Shown: positions 26,511 through 39,538, counted from the stretch's first letter. The stretch is DNA of 64,000 bases from Isurus oxyrinchus (GCA_026770705.1 JANJGN010000071.1:372001-436000); one strand, 5' to 3'. Translations and numbers: made by a program. The notes: a model not told the origin generated them from the sequence alone.

Positions 26511-27769
26511 TTAACATGGTCCTTATTAACTGGCTTTGTTAACTCAGCTTTTTGTCACCTGTCCCTAATATCTCATTATGTGTCTCAGAGATGGATTTAT
26601 ATGTGGTTAACAATCCCCTGAAGAGCTTTGGGATAGTTTGCTACATTATGGGTGCTATATAAATGCAAGTTGTTGTAGTAATATTGATCTGCCTCGATTC
26701 AGAATGGAAACACGGAGGCTCCTTCGATAGGGCATGTGTGCAACAGGCTCGCAATAAATGCATTGCACAGCAACAACTAAGCATGTCCTTTGATGCTGAT
26801 GCATCCCAGTCCTGCTGTGTGGACACATCACAACCGAGGGACTGCCTGACTGCGTGCAGCCAACATGGCCGAATAGTCATTAGCAGAAATGTGACGTCAC
26901 TCAACCTTGTTAACATTTCAGAGTGTGCTTTCTGAATTCTGCAACTTGTTTATTCTGTGATAGATTACAAGAAGCCTTTGCATTTTCTATAATATTACAT
27001 TTATTGTCACAAGGGATTGAAATGCCCAGACAACTCTGTACAGATATATTTTTATTAAACATCTTACTCCAGGACAACCTTCCTGCTCCAATCTGTTATT
27101 TCATATCATTGCATTTCCCCACCAAATTATCAAAAATTCCTGTGTCCACATTTATCATGAAAATTTCCCATGTAAACATGTCACACTGTACTTACACTCT
27201 CTTGCCAGTGGTGGTGCTGTAGGTGCACCAAATTCTTTCTCAGAGACTGCAGGACATCTCCCAGTTGTCTTTACAATATTATTAAGATACAGGAAATGGG
27301 GACAATCTTCACCCTGTGTTTACGATATTGTTAAGACAGAGAGCTGGTGAAACCTCCCCCCCTCCACAGAGTTAAGGGCAGGGTCAGTTCTGGCTGTGAG
27401 ACCCCCACACTCATTCCACGCCCCCTGTTCATTTCCCCATCCCTGCTCTAACTTAGCGCTTTTACACATGAAGTGCGGGGCCCAGAGGAAAGTGTGGAAG
27501 GGCTGCCCATCGCAGCTAGAACAAAGTTCCTGGCGGGTCTCCCAGGATAGAATGGCGGAGTAGGGGAGGGGGAGCAGTGGGGTCAATGTCCACACCCTCC
27601 ACAACACCCCCATCACTGTCACTACCAAGAGGGAACATCAGTCTCAAGACAAAGGCCAGAGTGTGACCAACTGAGACTGAAACCAGCATCAACCAGTGTT
27701 CCAGCAAATAAGGTCAGAGTAGGGGAAATGGGGAAAAGACAGAAAGGTTCTTAAACTGAATGCATGCAA

Positions 27770-28500
27770 GAGAGAATCTAACCATCTCCCCTTGACATTA
27801 AATGGCAGCACCATCATTGGATCCCCCACTGTTAACAGCCTGGGGGTTACCATTGACGAGAATCTGAACTGGGTCAGCCACATAAACATTGTGGCTACAA
27901 GAGCAGCTCAGAGGCTGGGAATCCTGTGGTGAGTAAATCACCTCCTGACTCCTCAAATCCTGTCCATCATCGACATAGCACAAGGCAGGAGTGTGAATGG
28001 AATACTCTCCACTTGCCTGGATGAGTGCAGCTCCAACAACACTCAAGAAGCTCGACACCACCCTGGACAAAGCAGCCCCGTTTGATTGTCTCTCCGTCAA
28101 TCACAGCAACACTCACTCCCTCCATCGTCAATGCACAGTGGCAGCAGTGTGTCCCATCTACAACATGAACTTCAGCAACTCAGCAAGGTTCCTTCAACAG
28201 CACCTTCCAATCCCACAACCTCTACCATTGAGAAGGACAAGGGCAGCAGGCATAGGGGAACACCACCACCTGGAAGTTCCCCTCCAAGCCACACATCATC
28301 CTGATTTTCAAATATATCGCCGTCCCTTCACTGCCACTTGGTCAAAATCTTGGACTTCCTTCTCTAACTGCATTGTGGGTGTACCTACACCACATGGAGT
28401 GCAGAGGGTCAGGAAGGCAGCTCACCACCACCTTCTCAAGGTAATTAGGGATGGGCCATAAATGCTGGCCTAGCCAGTGATGCCCACTTCCCATGGAAGA
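27770..28500 (+). mobile_element. Non-LTR retrotransposon 3' fragment
   Basis: MEYSPLAWMSAAPTTLKKLDT RT C-terminal motif. Confidence 0.8.
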
Positions 28501-28519
28501 ATGAATATATAAAACATAA

Positions 28520-31400
28520 ATTTGGAACAAAATGATTGAAGTCATAGCACAAATAGAGATTAATGGGTACGATAAGATGGACACTGCAGAGAGTTGGTTG
28601 CAAGGTGACCAAGGTTGGAAATTGAAAATTGAAGGATATTTGGAATCTTTGAAAGGATAGGAAAAATGAAAAGGAGGTGGGGTCGCTCTGTTAATAAAAG
28701 ATGAGACCTGTAAAGTAGTGAGAAATGATCTTGGCTCAAATGTCAAAATGCACAGTCAGTTTGGGTGAATATAAGAAATTGCAAGGGAAAGAAATCTCTG
28801 ATGGGTTGGATTATACTCCCCCCTGACAGTAGTTACACTGCAGGGGTAGATTGTAAATCAATACATGAGGAGGTCTGTGCGAATGGCACCACAATAATCA
28901 TGGGAGTTTTCAATCATCATATCGATTAGACAAATCAGATTAGCAAATGTAGCTTTCAGCGAGATTATACAGATTGTATTCAGGACAGTATTTTCGAACA
29001 ATCCAACATGGAACCAACCAGGGAAGAGGCTGTTTTAGTCCTGGCAATGTTTAATGAGACAAGACTAATTAACATCTCATTGTAAAGGACCCTCAAGGGA
29101 AGAGTAATCATACGGTGTTGAAATTTAATATTCAGTTTAGAAACTTGGTTCTTAAGCTAGTGTCATAAACTTAATTAAAGGCAATTACAAGGGTTAAAAG
29201 TAGAGTCGGCCCAAGTAGAGTGGAACAGCAGGTTTAAGGGGGGGGTGTAGATGAGGAGTAATAGGCATCTAAAGAGATGTTTCATAAATGCCAATGAAGA
29301 TATTTTCCAGTAAGAAAGAAAGAATCTATAAAAAGGATGGAGCATCGGCGGCTAACTCAGGAAGCTAAGGACGGTATCCAATTGTGAGATAAAGATGGCA
29401 ATGTTGGGATGCTTAGTGATAGGCTGGAGATTGGGAATATTTGAGAAACCAGAAAAGTGAGGGGAGAAATATAAGGAGGCAGAAATGATAATATGAGAGT
29501 AAACTAGCAAGAACCATAAACAATGACAGTGAGATGTTGTACATTAAAATAAGAGAGAAGCTACAGTAATAATGGGACACATAGAAAATCAGACTGGGGA
29601 ATTAATAATGGGAAACAAGGAAATGACAGAGACTTTCAACAAGAATTTTGTGTCTGTCTTCACAGTAAAAATCTCTAAAACCATCCCAATAGCAGGAGAA
29701 AGTCACGGTGCAACAAGGAGGGAGGAACATAAAACAATCACTATCACCAGAGAAAAAGTATTAAGAAAACTAATGAGACAGATGCTGACAAGTCCCATGG
29801 AGCAGACGGCCTGAATGTGAGGGTCTGAAAGGAAATGGCTGCAGAGACGGTGGATGCATTGGTTGTAATCTTCCAGAATTCCTTAGATTATGGGAAGGTC
29901 CCAGCGGATTGGAAAAACATAAATGAAACACCTCTGTTCAATAAAGGGAGGAGGCAGAAAGCAAGAAACCACAGGTCAGGTAGTCTAATATCTGTCATTG
30001 GGAAAATACCAGAATTCATTATGAAGGAGGGAGCAGCAGGACATTTAGAAAACCATAATTCAATCAGACAGAGTCAACATGGGTTTGTGAAAGGGATATC
30101 ATGTTTGAAAAAATAATTAGATTTCCTCGAGGATGTAACAAGTGGATTGGATAAAGGAGAACCTGTAGATGTGGTGTATTAGGGACTATGACACAGCCAA
30201 GGGTAAAGGCTGAGTTGTTCAAATCCCAGAGGGAAAATTGAAACAACTGTCGTAACCCAATTTTGCTGTTTGTAATTTCGAGATGAAGACTTTGAATTCA
30301 GTAGGAATAAGACGACCGAGGATTGAGGGTTTTTTATATAAAATTAAATAAACCATTTATTAATTTAACACATACACATTGGCTACAAGTAACTACTATA
30401 ATAACTTTTTAACAAATCCCCCAATTAATCACCCCCACGTAAATCTCTACTAAGGCAACAATGAACCATTGACATAATACAGACACCAGGCAAAGCACAT
30501 TTGACATTACGAATTCTGAATGAGGTTCCTTTGCTAGTTGGTTGGAGGCTACAGGCTGGTTCGGTCTGAAATGCTCCTGCTTCACACACACAAACTCCTT
30601 CCTTTATATAGCTAGCTTTCCCTTTGAATGTAAATTTTCCATTGTATCACTCGGTCTTCTGAACTCCACCTCTTCGAACAATAAAACCCCCTTTCATAGC
30701 ACCAATTTCATTAGTAAGTTCAAGAAAAAACACATCTTTTGGCTCCTTCTAACTAGGTGCAAGATTTTACCCCCAGTCTGGAATGGTTTATTCAACAATT
30801 GCAAATGAACAATTTACTGTTCTCCTCACAATTCACCTAATTAACATCTCAAAACTACTAAACATCAAAGCACACAGACCAGTTGGCTTTAATCCAATTA
30901 AGACACACCCAGACACACACCTATACATGGACCACCACTAGAATTCTATTTTATTAATAATTTCCAAGCACATTTTACACACAAATATCTCTTCGTGACA
31001 TTGGATTTCCAAAAGGCATTCATTAATGTGCCACATCAAAGGATACAGCACAGGGTGAAATTGGATGGTGTTGGGGGTGATATATTAATACGGATAGAGG
31101 ACTGGCTAACTGACAGGAAACAGAGAGCCAGGATAAATGGGTGATTTTCAGCTTGGTAAACTGTAACTAGTGGAGAGCAACAGGGATCAGTGCTGAGGCC
31201 TCAACTATTCACTATCTACATTAGTGACTTGGATGAAGGGACTGACTGTACTGTAGGCAGATTTTCTGACTGTATGGTGAAGATAGGTAGGAAATATATA
31301 ACCTGGGCAGGAAAGCTAGTTCTGAGGAGGACACAAAGAGGCTGTAGAGGGAGATAAATAGTTTCCGTGAGTGGATAAAATAATGAGCGGATGGAATATA
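28520..31400 (+). mobile_element. Degenerate CR1 LINE ORF2 (EN-RT), interrupted
   Basis: IFQNSLDYGKVPADWK, SQHGFVKG and DVVY/LDFQKAF motifs; split by the 30185-31000 insertion. Confidence 0.85.
30185..31000. mobile_element. Solo-LTR-like insertion inside CR1
   Basis: Homologous to 21818-22575; splits the CR1 DVVY|LDFQKAF motif; ends GTGACA. Confidence 0.6.
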
Positions 31401-31420
31401 AGGAGTGAAAATATCAGGGT

Positions 31421-31635
31421 TAAAACAAAAAAACTGCGGATGCTGGAAATCCAAAACAAAAACAGAATTACCTGGAAAAACTCAGCAGGTCTGGCAGCAT
31501 TGGCGGAGAAGAAAAGAGTTGACGTTTCGAGTCCTCATGACAAAAGGACTCAAGGACTCGAAAACGTCAACTCTTTTCTTCTCCGCCAATGCTGCCAGAC
31601 CTGCTGAGTTTTTCCAGGTAATTCTGTTTTTGTTT
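31421..31635. mobile_element. Penelope-derived palindromic insertion with ~15-bp TSD
   Basis: ~80-bp near-perfect inverted arms; TGAAAATATCAGGGT at 31406-31420 and 31636-31650. Confidence 0.75.
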
Positions 31636-31802
31636 TGAAAATATCAGGGTGTCCAGCTGATCCTACTTGTTCTGTTCTTATATTCTTATACAGACACAGG
31701 GTTTACTGACAGTGCACAGCAAAGTGCTGTTCACTCACTTTGTTCCAACTTCCTCATTTTGACTCACAGAGACACATCAGCTCTTTCTAATTAAACACAC
31801 AG

Positions 31803-31887
31803 AGGGAGCAGCACAGGAAGAGGTCATTCAGCCCAAGCAGAGCGTGTGGGCAGTTCCTCCCCAGGCGAGCAGTCGGACAGGTCCTGG
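31803..31887 (+). other. Gene D 85-nt upstream exon
   Basis: Conserved block; upstream ETS site (31748) and AP-1 TGACTCA (31760). Confidence 0.6.
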
Positions 31888-32320
31888 GTAAGTAACGGAA
31901 CGATTGGAATTCACTTCCACCACCAACACCGTCCTTTGTTGATGTTGTGACTTTATAAAGACAGATTCCAATGATCGATGCCTTTGAAAGATTTCTACTG
32001 ATTATTGAGATCTGGGTGTGAGGCTCAAGTCTGTTGTACAGAACATCTTTCTAGCTCAAGGGACATGAGCTTGGGGACATCCTGAGGTGGTGAAAGCGGC
32101 TATAGAAATGCAAGACCTTCATTGTATTTCTTTCTGAATGCCTTGTAACTCTCTGCAGAGCACCTATCATCCCACAAAGAATCAAATTAGTCTGTGAAGA
32201 TATTGTCGAAAAGCAGTTCTGATCTCTCGAGAGCTGTCAGACAAGAGGTGAAGTCTCATTAACTCCTTTCTCTTTCAGAACTTCAGAGCTAGAAGCTGAG
32301 GAAATATCTGTGAGTGGACA

Positions 32321-32360
32321 ATGATCGGTAAATCATACTTCCTCCTGTCACTTCTCCAAG
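32321..32360 (+). CDS. Gene D signal peptide exon (MIGKSYFLLSLLQ)
   Basis: ATG, phase-1 donor. Confidence 0.85.
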
Positions 32361-35304
32361 GTAATATCATCATCAGCTCGGACAGACTTACGGTTAATAG
32401 TCTTTGTAAAAGATCATTTTTATTGACCTCTAATTGGGAACTGATTTAGCAGTGACCCAGTGTACAAACTCACACCAAGTCCCATTCATCCATCACCCCT
32501 GTGCTCACTGATATACACTGACTCCCTGTCTGACAGCAGAATTGGAGGAGAGCAGAGGCCTTGGAGGGTTGTAGGGGCTGGAGGAGTGTACAGGGATAGG
32601 CAGGTTTGTAGCAGCGAGAGCAGAATCTTAAAATTCAGGTGCTATCGGACGTTGGTCAGTGAGCGATGGGGATTGATGGGTTGAGTAGAGAAGCAGGGAT
32701 AAAACCTGGTGGGTGAAGCCTATCCTAATGAGAGTTATCCGATAGCAATAACCTGAAATTTGTGTCCTTTGCTGCCTTTATTCAAAACTTCCCATGAAGA
32801 CAACACAGCAGCTCCTAGAATAGACAGGTTGTTCAGAGTCACACTCCTGTCCATTCTCACCATGCTAGATACTTCAATAAGGGAGCAAGATAACTGAAAG
32901 AGAGAAGGGAGGCAAAGCTGTCTGTGTGTAAAGCTGTCAAATATTCTGAGTTCTCATGAGTGTCTCTGATCTGCTGCAGAGTTTAAATTTCACAGAATCT
33001 GAGCACTTTGCAGCTCAGAGAGAGACCATTGACTCACTGCCTGAAAGGCCGGTGGAAGCAGATTCAACAGGAACTTTCAGAAGGGGAACTGGATAAATAC
33101 TTGAAGGGAAATTTGCAGGGCTGTGTGAAAGGTGCTGGAGAGGAATTGGGAAAGAGCCAGCACATGCACAATGGATCAAACAAGCTCCTCCTGTGTTGTA
33201 TCAATCAACGATCAGACAATTTAAGAACCTTGTCAGCAAATCTTCAGAATCCTGCTGAATCACAGATGTTTCAGAAGGACAGGGAACACGAGGTTTCTGG
33301 TATCAACACTTCATGTGGGGCCCAGTTCAGTTGGAACAAAAAAAATGACAATAGCGTCTTTGAAAGTCATGAAACCACCACAGCGGCACCTCCGACATAT
33401 GCAGAGCTCAGGCTAGAGGCACTTTGTTAGTGTGTTTCACAGGGTCTGCTGGAGTAGGGTCAGTGCTGAGCTTGGGGACAAGTCAGTCTACAATGCTGCA
33501 TCGGAATCAACAATACAACAATATGGGGTTTGGATCAGAAATAATCCCCTAGACAATGAGGATCCAAAGAGATTCCTTAGACAATGAGGATCCAAAGAGA
33601 TTCCTTATTCCATCGGTTGTCTAACTGGGGTCCATGATTTTCCAAGGGGTCCTTGGCAGAATCAAATTATCGAGCAATAGTGTGTAAAATACCGGACAGA
33701 ACGGGAAAGGTGGGATCAATGGAAAACTGTTCACTCTGTTTACACTAATGGGAGTTAGTCTCAGTAATGGAGACCAGGAAACTATCATCGATTGTCATAC
33801 ACACCCATCTGGTTCACTAATGGCCTTTAGGGAAGGAAATCTGCCGTCTATATCTGGTCTGGCCTACATGTGACTCCAGACTCATAGCAACGTGGTTCCT
33901 CTGAAATGTCCGAGCAAACCATCCAGTTCTCACCATGCTAGAAACTTCAATAAGGGAGTAAGATAACTGAAAGAGAGAAGGAAGGTAAAGCTGTTCATGT
34001 GGATAGATGTCAAATATCCTGAGTGATCATGATTGTCTCTACTCTGCTACAGAGATTATGTCACGGGACATTAGAGATGGGCAGCAAATGCTGGCCTTGG
34101 CAGCGACGCCCACATCCCATGAATGAATACATTTACAAAATCTTATTACTTGGAAGGTGCAAGTGCAGGTTGTTATGATCCTTGAGCAGACCCTCTCAGC
34201 ACTGACCCTACTCCAGCAGACCCTGAGAAACACACTAACAAAGCGCCTCTCGCCTGAGCTCTGCATGTGTCGGAGGTGCCGCTGTGGTGGGTTCATGACT
34301 TTCAAAGATGGTGTTGTTTATTTGTTCAAACTGAACTGGGCCCCACACAAAACGCTGATACCAGAAACCTCTTGTTCCCTGTCCTTCTGAAATATCCGTG
34401 ACTTCAGCAGGATTCTGAAGAGTTGCTGATGGAGGAACAGACATCCAATTTTTTTTCGTAATTTACAGTTAGGAACCAATAATATTTTGTTTCAAGTAGA
34501 CGAGGTTTGAGATTTAAGATGCTTGCGAAGAGAATAAAGCTACAAGATTCCATGGCTTTCAAACAAACAAAAATAAACTTTACTGCACCAGCTCAGATAG
34601 ATAAAATAATTCACAATATCCACCTTATACCCTAACATTCTGGATTAATATGAGCTCATGTGAATTAACAGGCAAACTGTGGTCTCACAGCCACATTACT
34701 CATTAAATTGTAAACGCGACCAAGATAGAGCCCATGGATTTCACAACAACCCACCCGGACATCAGTGAACACTGTCAGTCAACCAATCTCACTGAAATTC
34801 TATTTCTCTCATGAGGGATTCCAGTCCTCAACTTCGAAGATCTTGCCTTGGAATTCTCTCCAAAAGTCGCTTCAACTCGGATGGCCTCAGTGACGTTCCA
34901 CCTCATAGGGTTTCCATCTCTTCTCCGGAGGCTCCATTGCCCTGGATTCCCGACTATATACTCAAGCACCTCTAGGATTAGATGAAAGGTTTTGATTGAC
35001 TGGGTAGAGAGAGAATGTTCCCTCTTGTGGGCAGGAGAATAACTAGAGGCCGAGTGATTGGTGATTCCTTAAACATTGAAGAGGGAATGAACACCAATCA
35101 GATTGAATCAGATTAGCCAATCAGCTGTGTTGAAGAGCAGATAGGAATGTTAGGCTAATTAGTGATTCATGACGGTAATAATGGGGGGAGTTCTGAGGGC
35201 TCCTAATCCATTGTCCTGTCTTGTAAATCAGCACTGAATGGATTTCAATTGGTGGGTCTTGTAGACACTGTGTTGGGTGGAAGACTGGCTTCACTAAGGG
35301 GAAG

Positions 35305-35560
35305 CGGTAGCAGAGAGGTATTTTCACTGGGCTAGTATTCCAGAGGCCCAGGGTGATGCTCTGGGGCCCTGGGTGTGAATCCCATCACAGCAGATGAATG
35401 GGATTAAAAAGCCTGGTTCACTGATCACCTATAGGGAAGGAAATCTGCCAGCCTTACCCAGTCTGGCCTACATGTCACTCCAAACCCACAGCAATGTGGT
35501 TGACTCTTAAATACCTCTGATGGACATGGGATGGGCAAAAAGTCCCATGAATGAATAATT
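35305..35560 (+). mobile_element. tRNA-derived SINE-like element
   Basis: Degenerate box-B-like GGGTGTGAATCCC; inserted relative to the paralogous introns (between CACTAA and AACAG..CCTGAGGACC). Confidence 0.55.
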
Positions 35561-35791
35561 TGAAAAAATTCTAAACAGAATCCTGAGGACCATGAGCCAA
35601 TGTAGAATGAACTTGTCCACTCCTGCATCCAGGATTCTCTTCCATCCATTGTGAAACCTTGAGGAGTTCCTTGTGTGTCCTGTAGATGGTCCACACTGTA
35701 GCCAATGTGCCCCAGTGATGGAGGGGGTGGATATCAAGTCTAGTGGATCGAAAAAACATCCAGAATTAAGTATTGATATTTCTCTCCACAG

Positions 35792-36157
35792 TTGGACTGT
35801 CACAAGAATGGAAAGGTGACACTCCACGAGAGGTGACAGCGCAGGAATGTTTCTGTGTACAGATTCCATGTCATTACAGTTATCCATCACATTTGGAAAA
35901 GCAACCACGAGTTGGAATCTGGTTTAATAATGAGGAATGGAGAACATCGTCTATAGCCTTTCACTCCAAGGATCACAGTCACGAGTTACCACGGTTCCAC
36001 CATCGGACCCGGCTGTCTGGAGACCTGAAAGATGGTGACTGTTCCCTGATTATAAACAACATCAGACAGGAAGATGCAGGACCTTATTTTTTCAGAATAG
36101 AATTTGACAGCAGAAATAAATACAGCTACTATCCTGTAACCCAGCTTCACGTTTCTG
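35792..36157 (+). CDS. Gene D Siglec V-set exon
   Basis: 366 nt open frame; PYFFRIEFDSRNKYSYY resembles the CD33 F-G strands. Confidence 0.9.
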
Positions 36158-36632
36158 GTAAGTGCTGTGTTATAATTACTCAACAATTCACATTCAACAC
36201 TCAATGGGAAATAACACAATCTGTGACGTTTACACATTAACACAAAACACAGCTTATTATAACACACTGTCTGATTCTCAATAACCTGCTGATAGCTTCC
36301 AGTTCAGTCCGAAAGCAACCTCTAATACTCACTTTAATATCAATGATGAAAAGCATTAACTGTATTATCAGGTTATCCACTCCCATCAATCTCTCCTGTC
36401 CTGTTTAAAAGTCTGACTTATCAATAAAAGAAAGATGTGCATTTCTGCAGCGCAATTTACCACCTCAGGAGGATCCAAATCCCTTCACAGCCAACAAAAT
36501 TATTCCTGAATTGTAGTCACAGATGTTAAACACAGCAGGCAGTTTGTGCACAGCAAGATCCAACAAACCACAAGGTGCTAAATCACCCAGATCACTGAGG
36601 AAATGAGAAGCCAGTGAACTCAAACCTCTGGT

Positions 36633-36765
36633 CTGATGAAGAGTCATACGGACTCGAAACGTTAACCCTGTCTTCCTCTCCACTGATACTGTCAGACCTG
36701 CTGAGTCTTTCCAGCAATTTTTGTTTTTGTTTCAGATTTCCAGCATCCGCAGTATTCTGCTTTTA
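36633..36765 (+). mobile_element. Short Penelope-derived insertion with minimal hammerhead ribozyme core
   Basis: CTGATGA-A-GAGTC-ATACG-GACTC-GAAACGTT; imperfect ~19-bp flanking duplication; empty site at ~17677. Confidence 0.65.
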
Positions 36766-37016
36766 ACTCCAATCTCTGGTCTGAGCCTCTTCTCTCATCC
36801 AGTGTTCTCAATTCACATGTCTCGGAGTGAACGTGTATTAAGCTGAGAGACAGAAACACTACTGCCAAAGAGCAAGAAAATCTTTCCTGATCATTGTAAC
36901 CTCTCAGTTCTGATATCATCCTTGTAAAAGTGCTTTCTCTTGTGGGACTGTGATTTCTATTTGAACTGATGCTTCACATTATATTTCTCTAAAAGAATCC
37001 ATTCTCTGTGTGTTAG

Positions 37017-37314
37017 ATTTCACAGATAAACCCACGATATTCCCTGCTGAAATTATCGCAGGAAAGCGCTGTGGATGTAAGCTGCACCTTCAACACAACG
37101 TGCAATGGAACAGCAGCACCTGTCTTAACCTGGGACACTCCCACTGACGTACCTGGATCAGTCTCAAACACTGTAACTCAGCATGGTGTCACTCTGACCC
37201 ATACTTCTGTTCTGACCCTGATCCCATCACTCAAACACCACGGACACACACTCAGCTGCAGAGTGAGATATCCATCTGTTTCATCGGAGCGGACCCTCAT
37301 ACTAACTGTGCAAC
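37017..37314 (+). pseudogene. Gene D C2-set exon with +1 frameshift
   Basis: 298 nt versus 297 in paralogues; AAGCGCTGTG versus AAGCGTGTG/AAGCCTGTG at ~37069. Confidence 0.8.
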
Positions 37315-37533
37315 GTAAGAACGGACACCCTTCATTCTGCATTAGCTAGAAAGCTGTACATAGTACATTGCAAGATCCCACAACTGCATTGTGTTTAGCA
37401 ACAAATCAATAGTCTTTAACTGATACAAATTCACCTCTGACACTGCAGCAATCCCTGAATACTGATTCTCCAACACTGCAGCACTCCCTCAGTACTGAGT
37501 CTTGTTCACAATGAAATCTTTAATTGTTCTTAG

Positions 37534-37626
37534 ATGCACCACAGAATATCTCATTTACTACGCTTGATATGATTAATGTTTCATCGATCAATATAATTGA
37601 GGGGTTCATAACCATCACTGTGGAAT
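37534..37626 (+). CDS. Gene D 93-nt mini-exon (internally deleted Ig exon)
   Basis: APQNISFTTLDMINVSSINIIEG-FITITVE, intact splice sites, phase 1-1. Confidence 0.7.
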
Positions 37627-37660
37627 GTGAGTTAATGCAAACTTCAACATCACTCACACA

Positions 37661-37702
<42 letters not shown>

Positions 37703-37765
37703 CAGAAACATACACAATCTCAACTCACACAAGCACACACACACACATGCATAGACAGACACACG

Positions 37766-37799
<34 letters not shown>

Positions 37800-38313
37800 T
37801 GAGTGCGTGCACACACACAGATCCTTATTTTACAGAAACATACACACATAAGCCAGCACACACATACACACACACAAAACATGTGGGTTCCCTCTCCTCT
37901 CCCAGTGCTGCACTGGAGTCTCAGTATCAGCTCCGAATCTGTGTTGAAGGAAGGTAAACTCCAGATCATCAAGACACTGAACTGCATGGAGCAAACTCCT
38001 GAACAGTGAATTGTAGTTTTACCCCTCAGTGCTCCATTGGTCAAATACAATTCATTGCCTTTGAAGCCTTTGCGGACATCCTGAGGATCTGAAAGGGAGT
38101 TTCCTTCATTCTAGATGGACACCTCCACTGGTGGGAGAATGTAACTGCAGTGTGACAGTTTACATAGGCAGTGCCCATTGTAAATGTGAAATAAGTTCTT
38201 ATCCTGAGGGAATGTACCTGGAAATGCATTCAGACATCAGATACAGAGACATGATGCATGGAGTCTTGCTGTGCACTATATTTGCTCATATTAAAATCTT
38301 TCTACGTTTATAG

Positions 38314-38595
38314 ATGCACCACGGAATCTCTCAATTACTTCTCTTGGTGTGATTAACGCTTTATCGATCGATGTAATTGAGGGGAATTCTGCAGTGATAA
38401 TCTGCTCTGTCGAGAGCTTCCCAGCTTCTAACCTGACGTGGCGACATCTTAATGTCCCAATGAACAGAACAAGTTCAAACAATGAGCTGTGGTTGGTGAT
38501 TCCTCACGTTACATCCAGGGACACTGGAGACTATCAGTGTGTGGCAGAGAATGAACATGGAGCAGTGGAGGGGTTCATAACCATCACTGTGGAAC
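38314..38595 (+). CDS. Gene D tandem Ig (C2/I-set) exon 1
   Basis: 282 nt; VIICSVESFPASNLTW...DTGDYQCVAENEHG. Confidence 0.9.
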
Positions 38596-39256
38596 GTAAG
38601 TTACTGCAAACTTCAACATCACTCACACACACACACACACATACACACACGTGCACACACATACTCATAAACATACACACACATTCACTCATGCACAGAA
38701 ATATACACAAAGACACACTCACATATGCGCAGACACATACACACACGCACACACAGACACATGCGTGCATACTCACACAAACACACTCACTTGTGCAGAA
38801 ACACAAACACAAACACATACACACACATGAGTTCCCTCTCCTCTCTCAGTGCCGCACTGGAGTCTTGGTATCAGCACTGATTCTGTGTTGAAGGAATGTA
38901 AACTCCAGATCAGCAAGACCCTGAATTGGATGGAGCAACCTCCTGAACAGAGAATTGTAGACTTACCCCTCAGTGCTCCATCGATCAAATACAATTCATT
39001 GCCTGTAAATCCCTTGGCAAAATCCTGAGGATGTGAAAGTTTCTTTCATTCTAGGTGGACAGCACCTCTACTGGTGGGAGAATGTAACTGTAGTTTGACT
39101 GTTTACATAGGCAGTGCCCATTATAAATTTGACAGTGGAAGTTATATGGAGGGAAGGTACCCGGAATTGCATACAGACATCAGATACAGAGAGATGATGC
39201 GTGGAGTCTTGCTGTAAATTGAGCTTGCTCACATTAAACACTTGATTTGTTTTTAG

Positions 39257-39538
39257 ATTCACCACAGGATCTCTCATTTACTTCGCTTGAAATGATTAAT
39301 GCTTCATCGATCAATATAATTGAGGGGAATTCTGCAGTGATAATCTGCTCTGTCGAGAGCTTCCCAGCTTCTAACCTGACGTGGCGACATCTTAATGTCC
39401 CAATGAACAGAACAAGTTCCAACAATGAGCTGTGGTTGGTGATTCCTCACCTTACATCCAGGGACACTGGAGACTATCAGTGTGTGGCAGAGAATGAACA
39501 TGGAGCAGTGGAGGGATTCATAACCATCACTGTGGAAT
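39257..39538 (+). CDS. Gene D tandem Ig exon 2
   Basis: 282 nt, intact. Confidence 0.9.
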
